The notes beneath the pieces are model-generated. The model did no database searches. It was not told the DNA's origin and saw only the letters and a program-made list of their open reading frames with translations. Position numbers and translations under genes: made by a program. Shown here piece after piece: positions 1 to 10,613 of a DNA stretch of 64,000 bases (position 1 is its first letter; each line of letters opens with the position of its first letter). Location: assembly GCA_965203295.1 (NCBI GenBank), contig CBDBCZ010000017.1, positions 1,280,001 to 1,344,000 on the forward strand, in the 5' to 3' direction. Origin of the DNA: Nitrospirales bacterium. Its GTDB lineage: Bacteria > Nitrospirota > Nitrospiria > Nitrospirales > UBA8639.

Positions 1-325
1 CTGTCACTGTCAATTCGTCTATAGTTACAGGACCGGTGCGCTTTAAATGGGATAGTCCATGGAGTACTGGAGCGTCAGCTTCAGCGCCACCCGAGACACC
101 CAACTCCTCGAACGTGATCTTCGGACTTTCGGAGCTCTTCAGTGGGTCGAGTCCTTCCTTGACGATCAGCTTCTCGAGGGTTGGGAGAAAGAAGTCAAAA
201 ACTTCGTCCAAGTTTCCTACAGTCCTGGGAGCTGTCTCATCCTCAGGCTCCGTCTGAGTCGTCTCGTCCACGATCGGCCGTCCGCGTCGACGTAGAAATC
301 CACAACAACCGCAACACGTGTCCAT
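1..325 (-). CDS. Partial ORF (5' end; continues beyond the left edge), possible Der p 7 / group-7-allergen (TULIP-fold) protein
   Basis: ATG at 325-323 opens an uninterrupted frame to position 1: MDTCCGCCGFLRRRGRPIVDETT...FDFFLPTLEKLIVKEGLDPLKSS...PVLHGLSHLKRTGPVTIDELTVT. The LDPL and GLSxLxRTG motifs recall group-7 allergen-like proteins. It is absent from the ORF track because it has no stop in the window. Confidence 0.5.
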   Translation of the reverse strand, partial: MDTCCGCCGFLRRRGRPIVDETTQTEPEDETAPRTVGNLDEVFDFFLPTLEKLIVKEGLDPLKSSESPKITFEELGVSGGAEADAPVLHGLSHLKRTGPVTIDELTVT

Positions 326-807
326 AGCTACTTACAAGCTCAGTACAGTTTAATAGCTGAGTCTATTTTATAGCTAGTCAATAGCCTGTCTCTATCGGAG
401 TAGCTAGCTAGCTATATACATCAGAAGAGTCTGTGTCGGCTAGTCTCGCAAGCCAGCCTGTTTAGCTACGTTCCGCTGCACTGATCGCTTAGGCTCGCAA
501 GACTTGAGTATGGCTAAATCACATGTGCGTTGTGCAACAGTAGCTAGCAGTTACGTCATATTAATTTTGTTAAAAACTAAGACTTATTATAGCGACGAAT
601 GCTATCGTTAACCTTCTGTTTAGAACTTGTCGAAGCCCCTAAATCGCCCGATATAGTGTTACTATGTGTGCCTGGTAAAGCACAGAGCGGTTTTATTCTG
701 ATTATTAAGGATTATTAGGGTCGCCATTTTAATAAGTTTACTGCAGTGGACACGCCCATAATTTCGGGATATTCGTATCCGGATACGCGATAGCGAATCG
801 AAGCATT

Positions 808-1705
808 TAATAATAATAATAATAATAATAATAAGGATTGTACAACACAATGGACAAGAGAAATGGTGGCAGGAATGTAGATGAACAGGCGTGAGTGTAC
901 AGTGTTGAAGGCTTAACACCAAGTGCTGGCGCAGCCCAGAAGTTAAGTACAAACTAAATTATATTAATTAAGGCTAAGAGTTTGTGGTGATTGAGTAACA
1001 CATTGAACATGGGCATACAGAGTGGTAAGTACATACATTTGTTGAGTCGAAATGGTGAATGAAATGGCTCCATAGACGATCATAAATGTGATATTTAATG
1101 GTGACAAGCGAGAGAGATAAATCCAGGTTTGGCATAGAGTTCCAAAGTCTTACAAAGTCTGAAGTAAAAGTGACGAGTAGTGGATGTGCGGTGATACTTG
1201 TGACGTAGTTTTTTGGCACTGGCAGAACGGGTAGACGATGAAACGAACGAGACATAGTCCAGAATGTTGAAATTGTCTGAAGGATACTTTTAGTGATTTC
1301 ACAAAAAAGGTTATGTCTTGTAATTCAAGCCAATACATTAGTGGCAGTAGATTGAGGGGCACGAGACGAGATTTGTAGTCTGAAGTATAGTCTTGAAGGA
1401 TGTATTTGGTGGATCTCCGCTGGATTTGTTCTAGAGAGAGAATGTCTTTGGCCAAGTGGGGTCTCCACAATTGGGAACAGTATACCAAATGAGAGCGGAC
1501 AAGAGATAAATAGAGCTGTTTTCGTAGACTAGTTGATGAAGATGGAGACACTGAACGTCGGATGAGGTGAAGGGAACGGTATGCCTTGGAGCACATAGCG
1601 CTGATGTGGTTTGACCACGATAATTTGCTGTCCACTAGAATACCTAGGTCACGATGTTGGTTTGAGAATTTTGTTGGTATACCGTTTATAGAATAAAGTG
1701 TGGTG
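808..1705 (-). mobile_element. 5'-truncated, frameshifted non-LTR retrotransposon (CR1/L2-type RT C-terminus) with (TTA)n tail
   Basis: ORFs 1150-1635 and 974-1255 are two frames of one RT C-terminal region (DLGILVDSKLSWSNHIS...LYLSLVRSHLVYCSQLWRP...LEQIQRRSTKYIL...RLWNSMP). The (TAA)n at 808-833 is the 3' tail on the minus strand. Confidence 0.85.
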
Positions 1706-1862
1706 ATTTAAACAGAAGTAATCAAGCACTCCGACGGCATTTGACATAGCTAATGAACCAGTTTCATGGATGCAAAACTGGATCAGGAACCAATGTATTA
1801 AAAATAAATTGAGCAACCTCTGAAGATGTTCCTGTTTAGGTTCATTGGTTTACTTCTTGGAC

Positions 1863-2156
<294 letters not shown>

Positions 2157-2935
2157 AAACACTTCTTATAACCTTCGTATATTTTGGAAGGCACACAAGT
2201 TTAAGCTGACTAATTGTACGTATTCTGATATGTACACTCCATAATGGAAACTAGGAACTTGAACTATTTTGTTCATAATTGATCTTGGTGAAAAATAGTT
2301 GAAGTTTAGCTCCTACTCCTACTACTTATTCTTTTCTTTTGGGTGAACACTTTTAATTAATTAATCAATCCCTTGGCATAAACGTTGATAGAAATGGATA
2401 ATCATATGTCCTTTCCCCCACGTACCCTTTAAAATTTTATCTTCAGCAAAAATAGTTTGAGATGCACCATGATGAACACAATTGACACAAGGTAGTGCAG
2501 AGGAGGCATGTCAGAGCTCAAATTGCGCATTTACATCATAGCTACGTATTACCAACATGAGCGCACAAGTCTCGCTACTTTCACCGGCTGAGATTCATGA
2601 TCAACTGCTCAAAAGGACTTCTGCTTTTCGAAGACGAATATCATGCAACTGTGTGACGGGGCTGAACGTCAAGGGTATATAGTGGTGAGCCACTCAACAG
2701 AAGTACGGTGCGTAGATGCCTTGATTGAATGAAAATAAAAAGTACTGCTTTTAATACACATTAATTGGATAGCGTCTCGAAAAGAAAATGCACAATGCAC
2801 AAAACCTTCTCTTCCAGAAAAATCACTTGATATACCTGTCGCTCATGTGATTAGTTAGACTCTTGCACGTGACATTGACATACCTCCTCTGCTGGTAAAG
2901 AATAATATAGTGCATGCTATTTATAATTAACGTCC

Positions 2936-5900
2936 TCATGTTGTGGATGTTGATTCCTCTTCTTCACTCTGCTCCCAAGGTTCCAATCTCTAAAAGAGGG
3001 TGCAAGTTTCTAATCCAATGATACAGTGGAACCCCTCTTGAAGGACACCCTCGAAATAAGGGCATCTCTGTATTAAGGAGACTTTGCTATGTTCCAAGTA
3101 CACCTTCTTAACAGAAATTTACCCCAGAAAATGAGGACACCTCTCTTTACAGGACACTTTACCAGGTCCCCCAAGTGTCCACACTAGAGGGGTTCCATGC
3201 ACTGTACTGAGTTGATGGAAGTTCCATTGTGGCATAAGAGTATGATATTGCAGTGTATTGCATACTTCTATACTGCTGTCAGATGCATGCATGCAATGCC
3301 ATGGCATAGGAGTATGATATTGCAGTGTATAATGCATGCAATGCCATGCAGTGGCATCAACTAGTCTTACATATATATATATTTTACATGTGCCAGGTGT
3401 AATTCATGAATGAAGTCTTCCTAGAAGTTGACAGTAACTGTCTTTAGGACAAAAGGTAGAGTTAGTACAAAAATAGCTGGAGCTTGTTTGACATTCGTTG
3501 GGTAACATGCATGCATCCTTCAATAAACAATATTAATCATATGGGCACGCCCACTCTTGAATCCCCACTGGCATGGAAAACCCGGCCCCTCAGAAATCAT
3601 TGGAGACCAGAGTAGAACTGGGCCTCAACATTGCACTTCCACCATTGACCATTAGTAGCCGACAGCTGCTAGCAAGCTCACCAAGTACAGTACGCTGGTA
3701 TAGCATCAGGCACGTACATGTTTGAACATATTAATGCATACCATTTAAGGAAAAGGAATAACTGAACATTAGCTCAGGTGATATAGCCCACATGTTGCAA
3801 TCAATGACCTTGATGTGCTTAATAACAAACCAAACAACTGTATCTACATGTATATTGATAGAGTATCTCGTGATTAGTATCTATATTGACGTATGTTTGG
3901 AATATCCATTGTACATGATTAGAATGACTTACGTTAGATTCCAAGTACAGAACCTTCAGCAGGTACATAACATAGTCGCGATTTTGGCTCCTTCTGGGAC
4001 ATCTAAGCAAAACAAAGAAAGTGTCCTAGTTTATATCATTTCATGATCACTGGCCTACGTAATCATAAATTCAGTCCCAAGCACTCCCTAAATGATCATT
4101 TTTGTTTTCTCTTATTTTGTACTGTGGCATAGTCTGCATCTCCTGGAACAGTACCACACAAGCATGCATGTACAATGTCATGCAGGGTTTGTAAGCATGT
4201 TATGAATCATGCATACAAGCATATCATGTTAAGGGCCTAATTACATATAGCTATGCCATTTCTAGCTAACAATTGGAACATTGCACAAGTCTCTAAAGCT
4301 CTATCTGTGTATCCTTTGTGTCTGGAAGCTGCCTATGACTAGTCTCGCGGGCCAGACCAACTTTTCGCCGAGGGAAAAGTATAGTCTGGTCACCCGCTTA
4401 TCACGTTTTTGTGCATGGTATTTACAATTATTTGTATGTCACGTAGTTTGAATGCTAATTGGTGACGTCACAGGCGAACACGAACCGGTCTTACACGGCT
4501 TGCTCTCGTTCTTTTCGAAGCCTGGTAGAGGCCAGTTTCAGACAACCAGCCCGAATCGCTCAGTTAACAGCGAAGTCTGCAGCTAGCTAGGGCGCTACCG
4601 GGAACGAATTGTCGTTGTACGTGACGTCACGCGTTTAATTGCAAAAGAACAATGCACCAGCATTCCGGCGCACTTGCACCAAAATGGAATAAGCGGATGG
4701 CCAGACTTACTTTTCCCACGGAGGTGGCGAAAAGTTAGTCTGGCCCGCGAGACTAGCCTATGACTGTGTACAGTCTGCCAGATACTGTATACAAGCTGCC
4801 AGATACTGTGTACAGTCTGCCAGATACTGTATACAAGCTGTCTATCTTTGTGTGAAAATCAGAACTCTCAGCTAAGTCACTTATCTTGTTCCCAGGCTCC
4901 ACTGCATGCCTTTTCTCTTCTTGTAGAAATATGAACTTAATTGTGTTTTTTATTGCATGCTGAATATATCAGGAAGCTACCAGCAGTTTAACTACTACTT
5001 ATAACCTGTATACAAAAACAGTATTTTATACATTCGCAATAAAAGAACGAAGTAATTAGAAGGTTGGAAACACTGCAATGATATACCTACCGTTTTCCCA
5101 CGAGCTGAATGGTGTCAGTGCTGGGATCATACCGCTGTCCTGCCAGCTCGATCATCTTACTCCTGGCACGAGGCGTGAGGGTCAAATCTCTCAGATTAAA
5201 CTGTAGCCAAATGAAGCATACGATACCAATAGAACCACTACACACTTTTTATGCAAGTTACCCAATGTAAATTTATGCAAGGCTTACAGCAGAGCTTATA
5301 GAGTTTCTACAGTGCACAACCAACTGAGCTTACAGTATAAGTGCTGGCTCTAACATTTCATAATTCACTTCAAGTTGACAGCTATGTATAAGTCAAAGGA
5401 ACTACTCAGGCTCTCTCTCTTTCTCTGCCCCGCCCACACCGGAAGCAGAGGTACGTATGAAGGAGCAAGAGAAGAATGGAAAGAGCCTGGCTCGAATTGA
5501 ACATGTGCCTGGTCAATAACCAAGTTGCTACCCAGATGAAAGAGAATGGTAGTAGTGGCTAGTAGCTATAACTTGTGAAAACATGGCTGCCTACTACTCA
5601 GTTTTTTCGCACTGTGTGAAGAAAAATGCCGTAGAATGCAAGCTGGCTGCCTACCACTTGTTGCCATTGTAGGCAACACACAAAAAAAGCTAAATTTATC
5701 TGCTGTAGCTAAATTTGGCTCAAATGATACGGGCACTGTCCACTGCCTGTAACGAATGCTTCTGCAGATGCCTCTGGAGAAAGAAATTGGACACTAGTAG
5801 ACTACAACTACATAGCTCGTAAAATGTGATGGAAATTGGCCAATCTGCTAATCAAAACCCAAAGATTGGCGTAGAACTTGAAGACATGTAACCATCAGCT

Positions 5901-8900
5901 ATTGTTTGAAGCAAACTGAGCAAAACTGAGCAACTGACCTTCAGTGTCACCTTCGTGGCTCCGGGATGCCTGACTGAGTGTCCAGGAAACACGTAGTTCC
6001 TGGTCTCAATCCTCAAGGGGAGGAAGGGCAGTCTCTCAGGCCAGGAATTGCACAGTGCTATGGGTTGATGGACAGACAGCAGTTGCTAGTATAGGCCCTG
6101 GCTTCCCCCAAACCTTATACCCAGGTCACATACCCAGGTCTCCCCCAAACCTCATACCCAGGCTGCATACCCAGGTCTCTCCCCACCCTCATTCCCAGGC
6201 CTCCTCTAGCCTCATTCCCAAGCCTCCCCTAGTCACATACCCTCATACCCAAATCTTTCCAAACATCATACCAAGGTCTTGCCAGGCCTCATACCAAGGT
6301 CTCTCCTAACCTCATACCCATGACTCCCCTAGCCTCATACCCATGACTCCCCTAGCCTCATACCCATGCAGGTCTTTTATTTAGCCTAGCCTCACACCAA
6401 GGTCTCTTCTAACCTCATGCACACCATTACTCCCCTAGCCTCATACACAGGTTTTCAAAACCCTGATTTATATCTCGTGATCTGAACAGTGGCTGGTTGT
6501 ATATGCATGAGATGGAACTTTGACTGTAGTCTCGTGCCCAGCCCCACTTCAGAAAGGTGGGTCTAGCTCCCCGTGTATTCAAAGTTGGGTTAGCATAACA
6601 TCACCAAACGGCTGTCACAGCTGCAGTGTCCACGTGGCCACTAGTATGGATATCCGGATACTGCAACCGTTTAGTGATGTAATACTACAATCAACCAATC
6701 ACATTGCCGGTCCAGATCTGGGACCGCTGACGTAATGCTGCCCCAACTTTGAATATACAGGGTGCCAGACCCACCTTTCTAACGTGGGGCTGGGCACGAG
6801 ACTACGTTGACTGATGATACGCTTGCCCTTGTAGGAGAAGGACTGCGGTTCACTGCAGGGATACTCACGTTTGAGGGCCTCACAGTGCTTGAGGATGGCC
6901 GGGGGCGTCAGGTGAAAGAAGTTGGGAATCTGAGGAGATGGAACAAGATGATCAACTAGACGCAAGATTCACTTGAGATAAGGAAAGGAATTACCGTTTA
7001 GCGCTTAAATTTGGCGGGTCTAGAAATTTGTGAAATTTAAGACCCGCGAAATTTAAGCACTATACGGTATGCCCGGGATAGAACATAATATAGTACTCTT
7101 CAAGTAACAAGTGATGACTGCTGCAGATGCATGTATACGTGTATTGTATACACACATACACACATCTGCATGTGGCGCAGGCGTGGGACTCAGTTGCAAG
7201 TACCAGGCGTACACTCTCCTCACAATCTATTTAGTGGCAGTACTTTACGTTACGTTATGTTCACAGAGTTCAAAGATCGATAATAATCACACGTGCGCTT
7301 ATACCAGTGGGCATATACACAGAAACCACTTGCGAGCATACACTCTACACCCTCCCTTCAATTTTACCCTTCCAATGTACATGGCAATACGGTACATGCA
7401 TGACATGTGTGATTATTATCAATCTTAGTTACAAAGTACGTATGTGCCAGATAGAAGTGGGTGAGACATCGTCAAGTACAGCCACATTTTCTAACTCAAC
7501 TACATATTTTCTAACTCAACTACATATGTATGTTTACCAAGACAACTATCATCGGAGGACTTCATTTCTTCCAAGCCAGTGTGGACATTGTATTTACGAG
7601 AACAGCCCACGCTAGCTACGCTGTATACGGAGGAGGGTGTACACCAGATACTGCACTGTGTGTCCACTGAAATGGAGAGGGGAGATATTGCACACCTTCA
7701 TGAGCTCCAAGTTCCCGATGGCAGGCGGGGGCACGATGCCGCTGTCACTCGCATTCTCCGCCCGACCTCTGTCCGGCCGACCCATCCTCAGCGGGATGGG
7801 GATGAGGTAAGGGTCGAAGGATTGGGCGACGTGGTACACTGAGGACCAGGGAGCATCTGGGTTCACTTCTCGGGGCTAGAGGAGAAGGGGGAGGGGGGAG
7901 GGAGGAGGGAGGGGAGGAAGGGGCAGACCACATGAAAAATAGCTGGAAATGAATTTGTTCTGTGTCGCAGGTATTGCTGTGGCAGGAAATTACAGCAACA
8001 ACCATGTACACAAGAATGAAAGAATCTCATTTATGGCAGAATTAACAGCAATGTTCCCAGACCACTTGTATTCCCGTGTGGTCTGGGCATGAGACTAGGA
8101 GGAGAGAGTAGTATCTAATATGTGGTCTGGACACGAGACTAGGAGGAGAGAGTGGTATCTATTATGTGGTGTGGGCACGAGACTAGTAGGAGAGAGTAGT
8201 ATCTAATGTGTGATCTGGGCATGATACTAGGAGGAGAGAGTAGTATCTAATATGTGGTCTGGGCACGAGACTAGTAGGAGAGAGTGGTTTCTAATGTGTG
8301 ATCTGGGCACGATACTAGGAGGAGAGAGTGGTATCTAATGTGTGGTCTGGGCACGAGACTAGGAGGAGAGAGTGGTATCTAATGTGTGGTCTGGGCACGA
8401 GACTTGGAAGAGAGAGTGGTATCTAATATGTGGTCTGGGCACGAGACTAGGAGGAGAGAGTGGTATCTAATATGTGGTCTGGGCACGAGACTAGGAAGAG
8501 AGAGTAGTATCTAATGTGTGGTCTGGGCACGAGACTAGTAGGAGAGAGAGGTATCTAATGTGTGGTCTGGGCACGAGACTTGGAAGAGAGAGTGGTATCT
8601 AATATGTGGTCTGGGCACGAGACTAGGAGGAGAGAGTGGTATCTAATATGTGGTCTGGGTACGAGACTAGGAGGAGAGAGTGGTATCTAATGTGTGGTCT
8701 GGGCACGAGACTAGTAGGAGAGAGAGGTATCTAATGTGTGGTCTGGGCACGAGACTTGGAAGAGAGAGTGGTATCTAATGTGTGGTCTGGGCACGAGACT
8801 AGGAGGAGAGAGTGGTATCTAATATATATGCCTACACAACATCATTCCCTGGCTCCCAGTGACAAAAATTGAAGTTTTATGGGGGGGGGGGTTTAGCCTA

Positions 8901-10307
8901 CTAGACTAAGAGTACTGAGCATAGATATTATACTGTTATCTATTGCTGGAGTGAGACCAAGATGATTCATGTTGATTAGAGTTCTTTTTCTACCAACCAC
9001 GAATTGGCTTCACAGGGCATTTGATGATGAAATCTGTGAAGCCAATTCGTGGTTGGTAGAAAGAGAACTCCTATCAACATGAGAACCAACCGAGAACCGA
9101 GATCCTCTTATGAAATCCTGAAGACTACAAATATTTCCTGTTTAATTGGGGCGAGCGTGAGTGAGCCCCCCCTTAGTGCTGCGAATGGCAATTTTGTCTG
9201 TCCGTCCGTCCGTACAGATGCATGGTCCTTTATACCGCAAATACTTCAAATACCTAATTCAACGGCATGCCCTCGCTCACGCTCGCCCCACAATGCTCTG
9301 CATTCAGTAATATTACAAACGTATGTAGCATCAGGATAGAATCTGAGAATGTCCAATGGTTAACAACACAGCATCAGTAGCAAAGTACGCACCTTCCAAG
9401 GAACCCACGTGATGGACTGCTTCTTCCTCCTTCTGCCCTGAGGCCTCGGCCTACCAGGGACACCTCTCTTACCTGCTGGGAAATTTAGATAGTTACATGT
9501 ACATATATACCTCTATAGCAGATATGACGTAATAATGATGTATATCTTTGTTTTGTTTTTTATTTGCCTAACTAATCAACTACAGCACTGAGGCTGGAAA
9601 ATGGCCCGAGAGGATAGGAAATCACGCGGCAGGGGCAAAGGAATCTGTCTAGCTGGTTCGATTTTGGCCATACCACTTTTAGCGATAGTCAATAGCTTTT
9701 GCATGTAAATATCTATATATGGTTGCCTGCATTACTATACTAGTACTGGTGCGTCGCTGCTCCTTGTAGTGACAAAGCAGCTTCATATGAGCTGCTTCCT
9801 TATAACTAATACCGGCTTTCGGCACTAGACTTGTACCCAGGCACTCCTGCACATTTCCGGTGCATTCTATCAAAAAACACACCGGAAGTGTGCAGGAGTG
9901 CCTAGACCTACTTCTCCCGCCGAGATACTGCCAAGGTGGGTAGAAGTTGGGGTTAGCTAGCTAGTCTAGTGCACTGTTTTGAGTTAATAGAAGGTTACAA
10001 AACCAGAAGAAGCTGTACAGTGTGTTCGCATTTTTGGCGGACACCGAGATGGGACTGAATCCTCTCCCTCTCCCGTCTTAATAACAATAATTTCAGCACG
10101 TAGTTTTCAAATTGAAAGATTGCAGCAGCCTTTTACTTCAAAGCGGGCATTAAATAAAATCATCTGCCGACAATCGTCAACAGGCATGACTCCTGTACCT
10201 TGCTCTTTTTTGCTCAAGGAAGCTGAGCTGGAAAACGCTGCACAGGACTCCCAGCATCCTAGGGACGGGGCCAAACTCCGTCTCAGCACAGTTCGACAGG
10301 AGGCCAT
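2936..10307 (-). CDS. MRPS35: Mitochondrial ribosomal protein S35 (mS35), 8 exons
   Basis: Exons 10307-10199, 9472-9393, 7875-7697, 6929-6869, 6057-5939, 5200-5091, 4002-3933 and 2989-2936 join in phase at GT-AG sites. The N-terminus is transit-peptide-like. Motifs [45 protein letters not shown] and RCPRRSQNRDYVMYLLKVLYLES match MRPS35. Confidence 0.93.
3024..3206. mobile_element. Tc1/mariner-type MITE (CAGTGGAACCCCTCT termini, TA target)
   Basis: TA-CAGTGGAACCCCTCT...AGAGGGGTTCCA(tgca)CTG-TA. Related copies at 13914-14235 and about 20930-21090. Confidence 0.7.
4340..4755. mobile_element. MITE, TAGTCTCG-TIR family, perfect 9-bp TSD GCCTATGAC
   Basis: TIRs TAGTCTCGCGGGCCAGAC / GTCTGGCCCGCGAGACTA; GCCTATGAC at 4331-4339 and 4756-4764. 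Confidence 0.85.
6100..6450. repeat. Degenerate ~23-bp tandem repeat (TAGCCTCATACCCAGGTCTCCCC-like)
   Basis: Recurrent CCTCATACCCA units resembling the TAGCCTCGTACCCAGG MITE terminus. Confidence 0.65.
6527..6804. mobile_element. MITE, TAGTCTCG-TIR family, 9-bp TSD (8/9)
   Basis: TAGTCTCGTGCCCAGCCCCAC / GTGGGGCTGGGCACGAGACTA; flanks CTTTGACTG and CGTTGACTG. Confidence 0.8.
8078..8823. repeat. 44-bp minisatellite, ~17 copies, in an MRPS35 intron
   Basis: Unit GTGGTCTGGGCACGAGACTAGGAGGAGAGAGTGGTATCTAATGT; period 44 (e.g. 8342 and 8386). Confidence 0.95.
8968..9082. repeat. Long inverted repeat / hairpin element
   Basis: GAGTTCTTTTTCTACCAACCACGAATTGGCTTCACAG pairs with CTGTGAAGCCAATTCGTGGTTGGTAGAAAGAGAACTC around an 18-nt loop. 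Confidence 0.75.
9143..9310 (+). mobile_element. Helentron/HINE(DINE-1)-like non-autonomous element
   Basis: GGGGCGAGCGTGAG start, internal (GTCC)n microsatellite and CTCACGCTCGCCCC inverted copy near the 3' end. Similar architecture at about 33687-33800 and 41430-41585. Confidence 0.45.
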
Positions 10308-10613
10308 GGTGACTAACCTTTGACCTCACGTGGGACAGATGCGCGCGTCGGCTAACCTCCGGACGGAAATCTAAAACTCTGGCCGGCCGGCCGGCTACAC
10401 GAGGATGACGTAACTTGAATTGCGTCATGGCATACTAAATATACATATATACAGCGCGCATGACCTCACGTCTATTAGTCTGCGCGTGGCAATCAGATGA
10501 TCAATTCCGCCGAAAAATCGTCTGGCCCGCGAGACTACATAGATACTATGACGTAGTAATCAAGAAGTAAACAATACTCAATAGTCGCTGCTAGTCTCTA
10601 GAGCTTCAGAATC
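10308..10613. promoter_or_regulatory. Bidirectional promoter region MRPS35 / TBC1D15
   Basis: Divergent ATGs about 300 bp apart; CpG-rich, with CACGTG, two TGACCTCACGT and TGACGTA motifs. Confidence 0.6.

Noticed and set aside
36..295. Plus-strand ORFs 36-257 and 59-295
   Set aside because: Better explained as shadows of the longer minus-strand ORF starting at 325.
8078..8823. CRISPR-like look of the 44-bp array (also the 42-bp array at 32378-32920)
   Set aside because: Head-to-tail repeats with no unique spacers, no cas genes and a eukaryotic intronic context.
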